A stretch of DNA of 64,000 bases from Gordius albopunctatus (Eukaryota): contig OZ193910.1 in assembly GCA_964276515.1 (NCBI GenBank), positions 1 through 64,000 on the forward strand, read 5' to 3'. A program made the position numbers and the translations under genes. The notes beneath the pieces are model-generated. The model ran no database searches, had not been told where the DNA came from, and saw nothing but the letters and a program-made list of their open reading frames with translations. Every line of letters starts with the position of its first letter. Positions within the stretch are counted from its first letter, which is position 1. Positions 14,301 to 28,845 of this stretch are shown in pieces.

Positions 14301-14611
14301 ACAGAGAGAGCTTTGTTATATGTATAGCACAGCAAAATGTGCCGTATATTGCGCAGAACAGCGTATTGTTGACGATAGTAACCGACTAAGACCCCTTAGT
14401 AGATATCTATTGGCACACCCCAGTCTCTGTGACAAATTAATGTACTAATAGTTGGTTGGCATGGCACTACGACTACATTTTAGGTTATCAAAAATATTAT
14501 TATTTTAAGCACACCAAAATATTGTTTTGGCACAAGCCTCTAGTTTCTAGTTGATTTCACATGTTTTCTGCACATAATGTCTTGCGCATTTTAACTTCAT
14601 CTATATATTAG

Positions 14612-14746
14612 GTACTCTTGGAAATCTATGTCAATCAAATCCCGAATGTCCACTGTTTGGATATTGTGCCGGAGATCGTGGTCATCGATGTATTTGTCAG
14701 CATGGATTTTACCAAAAACATAATGATAATAGAACGTGCCATTTTC
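14612..14746 (+). CDS. Exon B of the Cys-rich module gene
   Basis: AG at 14610-11 and GTATGT at 14747; 135 nt, phase 1-1; encodes TLGNLCQSNPECPLFGYCAGDRGHRCICQHGFYQKHNDNRTCHF. Confidence 0.85.
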
Positions 14747-15649
14747 GTATGTGATTTTTATTTTTTTAAGGATATTTGTAGCTACTATTTAAAAAAGAAA
14801 ACTTACAATGTATAAATCCTATTTGATTTTTTTAGATGCATAACTTTAAATAGGTAAAAATTTGTTTTAATAAATAGTGCTAAGCAGAGGCGTAGCTAGC
14901 CTTTTTGCCTTTATGGAGCCGAGCTTGTCAAACCATAGGCGTAGGTAGGGGTGGGGACAAAATATTTTTACTTCACTATCCTTTAAAAATTAAAAAAAAT
15001 ATGTTTTGCCCCCCCCCCTCCCAAACCCAAAACCTGAATACGACCACGGGTCAAACGCACATAAAAAATTTTTGCCTCATAAACCTTGGACAAACTTAAA
15101 AATGCGCTACTACTTTGTACATTTTTCCTAATAACATTACACTGGTATGTCTCATACCCGAATGTTTTTAGGGCATAAAATAAATAAAACTTATTCATAC
15201 ATAAAACGAAGTAATGTAGTTGAAAGAATATGGAAAATTTAACTTGGTATAATAAGTTTTTGTATAAATGAATTGTAAGGGCACAAAGGGGAACTGGGAT
15301 ATTGAAAAGGAATCTTTGACATTTTAAAAAATAATACAAATAGTTAAAAAACTATATAACAAAGTTTTTATAAGCGTTATTAACAATTGTTTAAATTCAG
15401 GAATTTGTTATTAATATTCTAATAAAGGGGAAAAAATGGTGTACAAACTATTTTTTGGAAAATCATATATGCATGTGGTACATAAAAATATGCAAGATAT
15501 GTTAAACAAAGCATGTGAAATTGACAAATAAATTGAATCTACGATTTAATATTCGTAAATTTAATAATATTTTAATATATTTTGAAACTGTTAAAAAATT
15601 TAAAACAAGTTTAAAAGCACAGATAACTTTTCATTAAATATTAAACTTT

Positions 15650-15960
15650 GTCTTTTAATAGTAGTTCATTACGCCTTTTACTCGATCTTGCAAATGAATT
15701 TAAAATATCATCCGGGGGAATAGCATCTATAAAATCATGTTTTAAGCTCAATAAAGCTAAGGAAGATAACCTATCCTATCTTGTCCAATTGTGGAACGAA
15801 GATAAGTTTTAATCCCTTTTAGCAATGAGAACGATCTTTCGCATGAACATGAAGTTATTGGGATAGTTAAAATTATTTTAATCAAAATAATAAAATTTTG
15901 AAACACTATTGGGAGCAAAAATAAGTGAACAAATTTCATTGCATTCTATTTTATTCGAAG
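15650..15960 (-). pseudogene. hAT transposase C-terminal dimerisation domain remnant
   Basis: ILTIPITSCSCERSFSLLKGIKTYLRSTIGQDR. hAT-like termini CAGAGGCGTAG and CATAGGCGTAG lie at ~14885 and ~14934. Confidence 0.8.
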
Positions 15961-16399
15961 GTAAAGAATTATAATATATTACATAATTTTTTGACATTAT
16001 TATTTCGGCATCTTTCAGTTTTAATTCATAATGGTTAATTACTTCTGATAAAATAGATTTATCGTAAAAAAAGGGATGAAGGGTTTAAACCTTACAAAGG
16101 ACTTGTATAAACTACAATTAATTTACAAGAATATTATGTGTAATTCTGCTATTATTCTATTGATGTTAGGATAATATAAATCAATTTTGAAATCATTTAA
16201 TGAATTGGTAGATTCACAAGAGTAAAAAGTATCATACTTTTTGGTTTTTTAATACGTTTAGAAGGTAATAAACAATCTTACGCCTTATTATAAAGAATTT
16301 GATAGTGATCCTCATTTCTACTATCATTTAAAGTTAACATTAGGCTATTAACCGTTGAAATTGCATCTATTAACCAACAAATATTTGGGCTTTATATTA

Positions 16400-17200
16400 C
16401 AATTAAAAGTTTTATTCAAAAATAAATCGGGCGGGGGAGGGGAGTCAAGATTTTCAGACGTAAAGAGAAACGCTGTATAACTCATTTCAGCAATGATTGG
16501 TGCAAGCAGTTCTATCAAATTGGTCATAGTTAATTTTAAAATGAAAATGGTTTGTTGTACAAAAACCTAAGAGTTCTTTAAATATATTTTTGGTAAAAGG
16601 AGGCTTACTGATTATGTCACAAAGTTTTAAACAGTACTATGTGCCATAATCTAAAGAAATGGTTGTAAATATTGGTTGGACATCAAAATTTATGAGTTAG
16701 GAGGAAGTTGGCCGTGAGCAGGTTTTTGAAGTGTTAATGAGATCTATTTCGTTTTCAAGATTTATGGGGAAAAGGTGTAAGGGTAAAATAATAGTAATAA
16801 GAGATAATACTGACTTATGCTAAAGTTTGAAGAATTATGACGATACTATTAGTCTTAGTGGAATTAAGGCTTTATGAATTATGAGTAGTAGATTTGTTGG
16901 GTGTGGAAAGTGGAAGGTCTTAGCTTCCAATGTAAAACATTGCTTATTTTCTTATTTTTTTAAATGTAATAAACAATTTTGTAAATTTATTCTCAACAGT
17001 TGTAAGAATTGATTTTAATTCACTAAATGATTTAATAAAAAGCTGGTACATTTTTATGTTGGAATCACCTATATACATAACCACAAATTGTCCACCTTTG
17101 TCAGCCTTGCGTATTATTATTGAGTACTATTATAGTCTATTCCTTTTTAATTTTAAACTTACTTTATTTAAACAAGCACTCATGGAAAGCGTTACATAAG
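16400..17200 (-). mobile_element. Degenerate Penelope-like element RT fragment
   Basis: The minus strand gives IIIRKADKGGQFVVM (~17075-17120) and IHKALIPLRLIVS (~16845-16885), matching PLE RT motifs ADKG and KIHK..PLRPIVS. Boundaries are approximate. Confidence 0.65.
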
Positions 17201-19218
17201 AAAAATGCTAATGAGTTTTTTAAGTGTGTATAATCAACTAATTAATATGTTAATAAACCTGATTAGTGTGGGAAGAACTTCATGTTTATAACTGCCAAGA
17301 CAAAATATAGGTCCAAAATTAAAAAAATTAGTTTGAATTCGATGAATTTAGTTTAATAGATTCAAATAAAATTATATTTATTTTTTGAAAGTTAGCTCCT
17401 AAATTCACACTACTTTATCGTTAAAATTATATAAGGTTGCTATTTATTTAAAATTGAATGGAATAGGTTTGTAATGTAAAGACAAAAAATTGATATTACC
17501 TATTATTTATTTTCTTAATATTCTTTCGGAATTTAAGTTTTTTTATTTGAAATTTATATAGATACGACTAATTATGTTTTAAATATATTATGTGTAAAGT
17601 ATAATTTATTAATGTTATTAAATGTGAATAAAAAAATTTCATAATGCTTAGTAATTTGTACTCATTTTATTCAATTTGTTAAGATTTTTAAAGGTTAAGA
17701 TTAAGTTTTTTATGCCCAAATTGTAAATAAAAAGTTCTTAATTTTTTAAATATAATTTTAGTAGTTCTTGAAAAGATTTTCGGTTTTTTTTGCACTTATG
17801 ATGAGTTTTTTTGAAAATGAATTTTAGAATTTTCATTGTTTAAAACTAAAAGTCTTGTTTTAAAAATGTTTATTGGGTAGTATACCTAGAGATCTCTATA
17901 ATATATTTATTAATCATCATAAGTTATTAATTTATGTTTGTAAATTCATAAAAAATTATGTTTATATTAAGTACCTAATTTTAATATAACTATTTTGAAA
18001 TGAAACAAAATAATGATTAAGGTTTTGATGAAGTTAGTTTTTTTCAATTGCACAGTAAAATTCTTAACAATGTAATAATTGTTTTTTATTTTAATTATTG
18101 TTTTTTTTATTAAAAAGGAATAACATTTTAAAAAAGGTAATATTAACAAATGTTCCAAACCTCCATTTTAGTGCCCCATCAATAAATATACAAAAAGAGT
18201 ATGATTAAAGGATTTTTAGTTAGCTTGTGACGGTCGACCTCTTCGCCGACTAATACTACTAACATTACGTCTTCTATAGCTGGCTTGCATAGTTTAAGCT
18301 TTATTAAACTCCTAAGCTATAAGGCCTAAACGAAGCTGGGTTACAACCTTTATTTACTTTGGGGGGATAAATTGGCAAATCTATGATCCAAGATTAGGAT
18401 TTTTATAAACTCACTGAATTAGCAGTAAGATATATTTCATTACATTCCTTTGAAACTACATTAACACTAACTTTTCTAACCCTAAAATTTAGATACCTGA
18501 TTTTTTCCCTTTTTATCTTTCACCATTCTTCCATTAATATTATTATTGTTTGTGAAACCAGATCCGTAAATTATTTACTCCCTTAAATCTGGCCAATTTT
18601 TTACACATTTTTTTGTTCTGATTCCGAAATGGTCAAAAATTAGACGATTTCAGTTGCATTATCTTAAAAAAAACGGCGAAGCCATTAATATATTCAGAGC
18701 TCTTATAGATAATTGTAAAATTGAAATAAAGGAAATTTGAAAGATTATTTGTTAATTTTAGTGAAACTGTGATGTACGATAGGAATCACATAACTACGAC
18801 TATATTACTCATTAATTTGCTAGCATGTTCAAAAGATCATGGCAAAAGACTGGTTAAGCTACATGGCTTGTTAATAAAATTCTTTATTATAGCTAATTTT
18901 ATGTAATTTATAAATTTTATTTAAATGGCATCAAAATGCAATCACTTTTGTATATAGTTACCAATTTTTTACGAGTTCCTGTTATTACATTAAATCATAT
19001 TTTACATAAAGCTCGCTTAATATATGCATATATAAATTTCTCAGCCACTCACGCGTTTAAAAATGTGAGGCACAATTTAAACCGCGGGTTTTAACTAAAG
19101 CGTAATATAGCCAACTTAGCTAGTGCTACATAAATTTTAACACTTTCCATTTTTCCTTTTCAATTTTCTTAAACATTAATGTTGAATCTTTCATACGGTC
19201 ATATTTTGCTTTATTAAG

Positions 19219-19341
19219 AGAACTACCTAGGTGAGTGGTGTGAAGTTGACGACGGTTGCGCAGGATTTTCACATTGTAAAAACAATATATGCCAATGTAA
19301 TTATGCTCTCCAGTACAAAAATAAGTTGCACTGCTTAAAAA
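19219..19341 (+). CDS. Exon C of the Cys-rich module gene
   Basis: AG at 19217-18 and GTAATC at 19342; 123 nt, phase 1-1; encodes NYLGEWCEVDDGCAGFSHCKNNICQCNYALQYKNKLHCLK. Confidence 0.85.
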
Positions 19342-19424
19342 GTAATCTTTACATTATAACCTATTGCTTACAATTGATAAAATCCCTCAGTTTATATTTT
19401 ATAAAATATTACTCGATAATTTAG

Positions 19425-19541
19425 AAAAAAAGCTGAAGGAAACTTGCCAAAGTAATGAGCAATGCCAGACTAACGTTTGCTCCGATCAAAAATGCGTTTG
19501 TCCTTATGGGTACTTGGATGATAATATACGGTGTCTCAAAA
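19425..19541 (+). CDS. Exon D of the Cys-rich module gene
   Basis: 83-nt upstream intron; AG at 19423-24 and GTAAAG at 19542; 117 nt; encodes KKLKETCQSNEQCQTNVCSDQKCVCPYGYLDDNIRCLK. Confidence 0.85.
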
Positions 19542-21913
19542 GTAAAGAGCTCACGACAAATTATTATAAATATGATCCCATAGGTACAACTAATGGTTGA
19601 GCCAAACTATTTTCTATAAAACAAATTTTGTGGCTTAATGCTCCAAGTACCAAACAAAAATTTATTAAGAAATAGCCGACCTCTAAATCAAAAGGGTATC
19701 ACCTGAAGTTACACAGGGAGACTTATAAATAGGCGAGCTTAAAATTTTATTGAATGACTAAGATAAATAGAAGTTAAATATATAGAAACTATTTTTTAAG
19801 GAAACAATTAGGACAATGACCGTGAATGAATGTGAGGTCTGACATTGCAGTATAAACATAGATCATGGTTTTTTTGCTGCATACAACGCAGCCCCCTTGA
19901 CTTCACATTTATCCTAAATGACTATCTACGGTGTCTCTATATATACTAAATCTAGGATTAAAAGTCTATTTAAAAATTTGACCGTATTTGGAAAAATTAT
20001 TTGGACAATAACTGCAGAGTTTAATGATTTCTTTGACGACACAATAGGGATGCCAGATTTACATAAGCGATACCCAATACAAATTATGGGAGAATATGAA
20101 GTTTTGTCAAGACTTCCAAAATTTTATATCTGTATAAAGCAAAAAATCGTTTTTCTAACGAACTATAACAATATTAATTCGCGATAAAAACACAACATAA
20201 TCGACATATCGCTAGCTGAGAATTGGAGTGCTCTATCTCCACAAAATTCCCAACTGAGATAATTGAGTTCAAAGTTTGAAATGCTATAAAATCTAAACTT
20301 ATTATTCATATGATTTGAAATAAGTTTGATAGTGTAAAGTATTAGCATTTATATTATTTTAGCAAAAAATATGAATTTTTTCTTTTATTTCATAAAAAAT
20401 TGATTTTTTAAATTTCAGATAGAGCAAAGTTGTAAATCTTTTGCGATTTTATTTAGCTACTTTGCTCTATCTGCATTTTTAACCATTACTTTAATAATAA
20501 AATAAATATGAGATTCAACTAGTTATATATTATAATAATTATATTCCTTTAATTGCTCCTCAAATTTATTCAATATTATAAAAAATTATGGTAATTTGGG
20601 GTTGTGTAAATTAAGGTAAACTATGAGATTTTTTAAATATCTTTGAGTATATAATTAAATTTCTAAAAAAATCATAATGATTTATATCCTTTATATAGCT
20701 AAAATATTTAATGAGAGCAATTTGTAGCAATCATACTATTTACAACAAATACTATTAATTTATAAATTATAAAATAAATGATAAATACAAAAGAATTTCT
20801 AGTAGAAGTACAATCAATTATATCTATTTTTATATAAATATTTCTTTTAAAAATTTAACTCTTGACGATTTTGAATAATCTTAAATATTCTCTTTTAAAA
20901 ATTTAATTTTTTTCCTATTTCTTGCAAACTTTGTTTTGGCCATAACAATCATTTTTTTCGATGCACAATAATGAATAAAGCCTATAATTAATATATTACT
21001 AATCATTTATACAAATTTTGACTGTAGTCTAATTTTAACGATAATTTAAAATTTTTTGATTTGTCACCTTGAAACTTATACTAGTTATGGCTATATTTTT
21101 ATATTAATTCTACTTATCTTCACCCGACAAAGTTCTTATTTATCAATGTTTGACATACAACAATGTGAAAAGTAATTGAAGAGATATTATTCGAATTAAA
21201 ATTTAAAAGCAGACGATTTATTCACGTGATTAAATCAGCGCTTGCGATTGGGTAATTGCTGATAGTGCAAACCAATTCTTAAAAATATAGATATTCGCGA
21301 TTTTAGCCAAATAAGAGCCTTAATAGCGAAGCCAAAAAAATTTTTCCACATTTTTTAAAAGGTTTATGATAGAATATATATAAATCTACCAAATAGCACT
21401 TTTACTTTAAAGTTTTCAAAAATTTAATATAGAAAATCATCGGCAAATATACACGTTAATTTAAATTTATTTTATTGAAAATGCATATATTAAAAGATTA
21501 CTAATTGCGTTTGTATAAAAATCCATTCATTTTTTGCCACCAAATTTGGATTAATATGGAAATTAGAAACTTTATTTGCATATCATGTAAGTTATGTTTT
21601 TAGGCAAATATTGTTTGAGGGAAGAATGAAATATCATGAGTAGGATGATGACTTAAATGGTTGTGTTTAATTAGTGTTCACAAAAAGTTGGGGAAGGAAA
21701 AAATAGACGATATAAAGTGTTTGGGCGAATATTGTAGACAGATACCTTTTCCAATTTCATTTTTATAAGTTATCGTGACACAAATTTTAAATAAAAAAGC
21801 CGGCTTGGAATTTAAATCATTATAGAAATTTAAAAAGGATCCAAACAAAGCATATTTTTCTTGAAGTTTTTTAATGAATAAATTAAATATAAAATCATTA
21901 ATGAGCTATTAAA

Positions 21914-21965
21914 AACACTACCTACGACGGTCTCAAGTCCGTTGGCAAAAAGTAGAGGGTTGGCG
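21914..21965 (+). ncRNA. Twister ribozyme core (3' cleavage product) at the RTE 5' end
   Basis: AACACTACC-TAC-GACGG-TCTCAAGT-CCGT-TGGC-AAAAAGTA-GAG-GG follows the twister layout (AACACUGCC..GCCGGUCCCAAGCCCGG..AAAAGUGGAGGG). Confidence 0.75.
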
Positions 21966-24900
21966 TCAGGTCGGAAACTGGCTATAAAAACCAACTCCAT
22001 AATCAGATAGTTTCAAACAAGATTTTACAAGGAAAGGCTAGGGCGTCCTCCACAAGCGACGCGCACTGCATACCCCGCCTGTGCAATGTGAAAAATACAC
22101 TAGGATTACTGCCTAACTCACAACGAAGGCGGTTAAGGAAACTAGTTAAAGAATACGCATTACGTGCTGGAATGTTGGAACGTTGACGGGGAAGAGCATC
22201 GAGGTCGCACAAATGCAGAAGAAAGGTACAGATCGTCTGTCTACAAGAGACGAAGTGGAACAGAACAAAAGCTCTAGAATTAGGAGAAGGATACAGGCTT
22301 TTCTACAGTGGGTTACCAAATCGTAGAAACGTGGTCGGTATCGTTCTAAGCGAATCATCCTAGGAAAAGGTGGTAAGTCAAGCGTTGTTCCGACAGGCTA
22401 ATGTAGGTGAAGATTGCAGATCAAGGGGGCCTTCTAACCGTTATGTGCGCGTATGCCCCCCCCCCCCAAATCGGATGTTTGGAATCAGAGAAAGACATAT
22501 TCTTCGATTTATTGGAAAAGGATATACAAGGAATAGGACAGGAAGAAAGGCTAATTATTGAGACAGATTTCAACGCTCACGTTAGAAAGATCGCCTCGGG
22601 TATGAACGCAATCATGGAGGCTATGAGCATGGTCTGAAGAACAAAGAAGGGAAAAAATTTCTCCAAGTATCCCAGGCATATGACATGGCGATCGTTAACA
22701 CCTATTTTCAAAAGCGCGAAGATAATATTGTGACCTATAGAAGTGGGAAGCATTTTAGTCAAATCGACTATTTGCTTATACGGCGAAAGGACTTATATAG
22801 CATAAAGGATTGCAAAGCAATACCGGGAGAAAAAATCGCCAGGCAACATCGTCCCCTTGTTATGGATCTTGGCAGAAGAGTATTTCCCGAAAGAAGAAAG
22901 GTCTATGAACCTCGGATTTGATACGAAAGGCTAAAGGATACGTCAACAAACAAAGAATACCAGCAAAAAGCCTGCTCACTTATGGGTGCAAGGAAGTTGC
23001 AAAGGGACATAGACGACGATTGGGAGACGATATCTAAGGTCATTAAGGAAACATCGATTCGTGTTCTAGGACAGACCAAAGGAGGCAAAGCTATGAATAG
23101 GGAACTATGGTGGTGTGATCAATCGGTTAAAGATTTCATCGAAAGAAAGATGTATATAGACGGTGGCATAAATCAAAAAACTCAGAGGATTATCAAGAGT
23201 ACAGGTAGGCAAAGAGGGCCGCAAAAAAGGCCGTTGCAAAAGCGAAGAATGCCGCAACTGGATCATAAAGGGGGAGGTAGGCTTATGTACCAATTGGCCA
23301 AGATAAGGGAGAAGAAAAGACGCGATGTCGGAGTTCTTAAAATAGTCAAAAGCGAGAAGGGTAAAACCTTATTCAAGCCGAAAGAAGTGACGGAAAGGAT
23401 ATTTTAAGAAACTTATGAATATAGCAAATGACAAGGATTCCCTTTCCGAAATTGATCCAAATATAAGTATGGTAAAACTCTTTCAGGAGGACAAAGTTAG
23501 GACACAAATGAACAATATGCAAAAAGGAAAAGCAAATGGCCCAGATGGAATACCTATGGAAGCATTGCTCGGATGTCGTGAAGATACAGTCACCACCATG
23601 ACGAACCTCTTTAACAAGATATTGGTAGAAGAGCGAATACCTAATCAATGGAGAGCAAGCACGATTATACCCTTATTTAAAGGCAAACTAGACCCTCAGG
23701 ACTGCGGAAATTACAGAGGTATTAAGCTAACCTGCCACTCTTTGAAGCTTATGGAAAGAATCTTAGTAACAAGGCTTTAAAACCAGGTGGAAATATCGGC
23801 TAATCAATTCGGATTCGTCGCCGGCAAATCCACAATCGACCCAATCTTCGCCCTAAGACAAATTATGGATAAGTATGGTGAAAAGAGGAAAGACCTACAT
23901 ATGGTTTTTATCCACTTGGAGAAAGCTTATGACACGGTCCCTCGCGATTTAATATGGTGGTGCCTGAGGAAACAAAATATCCCTGACGCATATATACGGC
24001 TTATGAAAAATATCTATGAAGCCTCAAACTCTTGCGTTACGACGACAGTTGGAGACTCTAAACCTTTTTGGGTTAATATTGGATTACATCAAGGCTCTGC
24101 TTTAAGTCCCTTTTTATTTAATACAATTATAGACACGATAACGAGGGACTTTCAAAAGCCATCGCCATGGTGTATGCTATATGCCGATGATATAATACTA
24201 TGCGAGAAAACAAAGGAGAAAGTATTCGAAGAAGCCGAAAAGTGGTCAAAGCGCTTAGCTGGATATGGGTTAAAGGTCAACGATTGAAAAACGGTATACA
24301 TGGAAATAAACGGTACAAGCACCCCATCGCTGGATGACCACCTAAAGTACCCAAAAGTAGACAGGTTTACTTACCTCGGCTCGATGCTACATCAAGAGGG
24401 AGGTTGCACAACGGAAGTCAATTCCCCGATCCATAAAGGAGCCGCTTAAATGACGAAGTATATCTGGTGTAATGTGCGACAAGAAAATGTCAATATGGTT
24501 CAAGAACAAAGCTTACAAATCCATCGTAAGACCTATGTTACTCTATGGAAGTGAAACATGGGCATTAAACACCACGGAAGGAAAGCTATTACAAGCCACA
24601 GAGATGAGAATGATACGGTGGAGCCTGGGGTATACTAAGCTCTACCATATGACGAATGACTTTCTCATGACAAAAATGGGTATTCAATCTATGGCGGACA
24701 TGATTAACGAAAATCTGCTAAGTTGGTATGGGCATATACTAAGGAGGGATACGGATAACGTAAATCGAAAAGTACTGGACATGGAGGTACCGGGGAATAT
24801 AGGAAGAGGACGACCCCGTGTCACGTGGAAAGGGCAAGTGGATAAAGTTATGGAAACTAAAGAGATTAGTCAAGACATGGCACTCACCCGGTCAAGATGG

Positions 24901-24966
24901 ATGAAACTTATCAAAACAAACCCCACCAATGGGGGACCAAATAACTGATAAAGAAGAAGAAGAAGA
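21914..24966 (+). mobile_element. Full-length but decayed RTE-clade LINE (APE + RT), intronic
   Basis: APE motifs (CWNVGTL, DFNAHV, SQIDYLL) and RT motifs (NYRGIKL, GLHQGSALSP, YADD) are spread over several frames; (GAA)n tail at ~24952-24966. Confidence 0.95.
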
Positions 24967-25232
24967 ATGACTAAAATAAACTTGGACTGTGAAAATAAAT
25001 TTAAACATTTATAAGCAAGGCTTTCGTATTTCCTGTTCTGATAAAAATCCGTAAATGTTTTTTCGAATTTCTAGTAGTAAAAGATCACCAAATGCAAAAT
25101 CGTTTTTCCTAGAAAACTTTGAAAAGCCTGAACATTTTGTTAGTCTTATTGTCTTTTAAAATAAGTGTTGAGCCTTCAAGTACAGTTTTTATTTCACTAA
25201 TAACATATATGAATTTTTCAAGCATTAGAGAC

Positions 25233-26545
25233 TAGAGACCTGCAACGGGCCTGTTTGGGTCACCAGCCCGTTATAAAAATTAAAAAGCCGAGGCCCGGCC
25301 CGGGCCCGGCTCGCTAATTAATTGCAAAGCCCGAACCCGGTCCGGGCCCATATACAAAAATTTTTAATTTGCTAATTTCTGTTAAATTTAAGTTTTTTTT
25401 ATTCAAATATTACAAATATTAATAAAAATCATGGAAAAATAATAAATCATCAATTATTTCCGGTCTCAAACGAGTTCTTCTTTCTTCGATCAATCGACCT
25501 GCAGTTGAAAAATTTCTTTCACTAGTGGCACTTATGGCAGGAATACATAAAACTTTATATGCCAAATGAGATAGTTTTGGATACCTAATTTAAGGTTGAA
25601 TTGATATTAATAACATTCGCTTTTTTGGCTTTCCATCATTTAATAATATCAAAACATTCACGATCTACATATTCCTCAAGATATTGATTAAATTAACTTG
25701 TTGACGAAGGTATGCCTTCATTATTCTCCCATTCCGAAAATACGCATTTAGATTTTTTAGCTAAAATATTACTAAAATTTTGTCTTAAAATTTAAAATCT
25801 TAGATTGAGACATACTTTTGTCATTTTCTAAATTCTCGGAAGAACTAACAGATTGAGTAAAATCATCGCGATCTATAAGACTTTTTATTTCTTCATAAGT
25901 CTCCCTTTTCTCTTGAGTAGTAGCCATTTTCATGTGTGTAAATTTGGGATGAAGCGCCGTAGCCATTCTATGCAAGGAATGGATGGTATTTTTTTGATTA
26001 ATCAATTCTTTAATTTTATTTTTAATATTTTCAATTTGATTGTCCGAAAATCCATCATTTTCCATCATATTAATTAATTTTAATTTCCATAAAAATACAT
26101 AAGGCATAGTAGATTTTGAGTCCGCCTCTAATTGTGTGCTTGCTTCTTTGAATGGCCTCAATAACTCAATATTAATCTTGAAATTTTATTTACTTACTCT
26201 TAAGTTTGTAACTAGAAGGATAATGTAGTTTAATCCTTTCCTCTATAGTGGCTAATGAATATCTATTTGAAATTTGAATTGCGTCGTAGTTTTGTAAATG
26301 AATGAATAAAGGAGGAAATTCAAATGTATTTTCATTGTCAATTTTAATAAAAAAAATTTATTACCTAAAAAAAATTAGACAAAAATCAATTTAGAAAAAA
26401 AGTTTAACACATCTTTGTTTTTACTTTGAATTTCTAGTATAATAAAAAATTAAACTATTTTGCAATGGGCTTTTCAGTTTAATCTAAGCTCGGGCCGAGC
26501 CCATTAGCGAATTGAACGGCCCGTCCAGGCCCGGCCCGTTTATTT
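25233..26545 (-). mobile_element. Internally deleted hAT DNA transposon
   Basis: Terminus TAGAGACCTGCAACGGGC, GGCCCG subterminal repeats at both ends, and minus-strand peptides RPFKEASTQLEA...ATALHPKF and YPKLSHLAYKVLCIPAISATSERNFSTAG. Confidence 0.85.
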
Positions 26546-28374
26546 TTTTTAACCTCATGGTTCTAAACACGAATGAATAGAGTTTCATAGTTTTACCTAG
26601 CTAAACCGTATATAATTCTTTTTAATCCTTTTAATTATGAGAGGCGTTCCATTTTTGATTTATTATAAACAAAATTACACGTAGATAAAAAAATAGCGCG
26701 AAAAGAATGAATGTTCAGCGTATTTATTAATTATTATCTAAAACTAGCTGAGCCCGGCCAAGCGTTGCTTTGGCTCAGCCTTCAATTTAGTATTAATTGC
26801 TTTTTTAAATATAGGATATATGATTAAAAGGGAATGGAAATATAGGAAAAATAATATTGCACTTTTGCGTACTTTAACAAAATGAATTTTCAAATTAAAA
26901 TTGTAACTTGAGATTTTCTTTTAAAAGCTTTTTTAAAATATGGAGTACACAGAGCTGGAATTAAATAAGGCATAACTGCTTACAAACATATAAAGCATAT
27001 ATTAACATTAAGGTAGGCGGTAAATTTATTTTATAACTCTAAGCAAAATAGGTCTATTTAAAGATGCTAGTGGCTATGAATCAGTGGTAAGATTTGTTTA
27101 AATTCTACCCAAACACGGCCCTGTCCATTTTTTAAATTGAATTGCCCACCCAGACTCGTCTAACTCCTCTAAATCTCCATTCGGCGATGCCCAAATCATA
27201 AGAGCTTACTGACCCGAAATAATGTACTGGGCTCAAATTTATGGGATGATAAATTATTCCAGCCACCATAAAAAAGCATCATATTATTCAAAACACCAGA
27301 TACATACAAGCAAAAAGGGTTACATAAAGATTTCACACGTTTTTACGAATAGCCAGTCTTTTAATAAAGGGTCAAAGGGCTACAGTTTTTAAAAAAGACT
27401 TGTAAGTGGGTGGTTGCAAAATGATCACTTCTCAAGTATTTAACATATATTTATTATATTTTTAAGGGAATTTTTATTCAATATCTGTTTTTGAATGCTT
27501 TTTCACATTATACAATCAAAATTAAAAGTCACAATATAATAATCGAAAACAAATTGTAAAAACTCGTATTAAGTTGTAATTACCCGCCGCGAGCCTATCG
27601 GAATAGTTAAATTATCACAGTTGCCCGGTTGGACAGCCCTGCCCACAAACCGTAGGCATAATTTACTTAGTGGTATTCCATGTCAAATGGATTATAAAAA
27701 AAAGCCTTATATGGCCAACGCCCTCAGATTATTCCGAAATTTGATTAGAATGAAGAAACTATTTTTATGATCGAATTCTAAGAGTTTTAGCTAATTTGCA
27801 TCATTAATTTTTAGTAAAGAAATCGGTCATGACCCATAATAAAACTTTTTTACTATTCATCGTTCATATAAAAAATCTTGTTGCAATGACAGCTAAAACA
27901 TGTCTCCATATTAAAATATTTAACAACATACAAAAATACTTTTGTGGGTCATTTAATAATGGCTGAAATAGTCAAACAATAACTTTTAAGAATGAACGCC
28001 TTTAAAGCAAATGTAAAAAATTTAAATGAAAATTCTAGTTGGGCGACCATTAGAAAATTGTTAAAAATCAAGATATGTATATTTATAAATTTTGGCACCA
28101 ATATGACCACAAAATTATATCATTCCTAGTAAAGCAGCAACCTTATATTAAAAGTATTAATTATAATAATAATTGCGTTATGACTTAGAATTATTACCAC
28201 CCACCACCCACCTTCCCCCCAATTCCTCTATTCCCCATTATTTAAAATCATTTAGATAATGTATAATTACATTTTATTAACTTTAATAAATTATAAGTTA
28301 GGTAAGATATAGTGTAAAATTGTTTTGTATGGCTCACAGAAGAGTTTATACTGTTAAACTATCAATCCTGCCCC

Positions 28375-28679
28375 CATGGGCATAGCCAGGATGGGATTTA
28401 GAGGTGGGCAATAATGATTTAGGGAAAAGCAAAATGATAATTTTCAGTAAATTTAGCCATAATTTTTTTATTTTTTAATTTTTTTCGATTAAATTAAACT
28501 ATAAACAACTAACTATAAAAATGATATGCGAGGTAAACATTCGAAAATTGCGATAGCGTTGAAATGGCAAATAATGATTCCGATTCTCTGTTTAATGAAA
28601 AAAGTTTGCCTGTTGTCAAGGGTATTCTAATAAAATATTATAGAATTTTCCTCCCTGGCACCCCCTGTTTACGGCCATG
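28375..28679. mobile_element. hAT-type MITE
   Basis: TIRs catgggcatagccagg / cctgtttacggccatg; 8-bp TSD CCTGCCCC / CCTACCCC. Related ends occur at ~7517-7676, ~41730 and ~59767. Confidence 0.75.
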
Positions 28680-28845
28680 CCTACCCCCTTAATTGCAGTT
28701 TTTTGATATAAAGCCAAAATTTGTAAAATATCAGTTGATGTGTGATCCCTGCACAAGGTGAAAGGCTTTGAAGGAAAAATTATAAAGCAAGAGATAGTTT
28801 CATTATATAAATCCTAAAGTAAAACTTTGAAGCATTGAATATTGA

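Noticed and set aside
21890..24985. Target-site duplications for the RTE copies
   Set aside because: Only loose similarity (ATGAGCTA versus ATGACTA) for the plus copy, and none evident for the minus copy.
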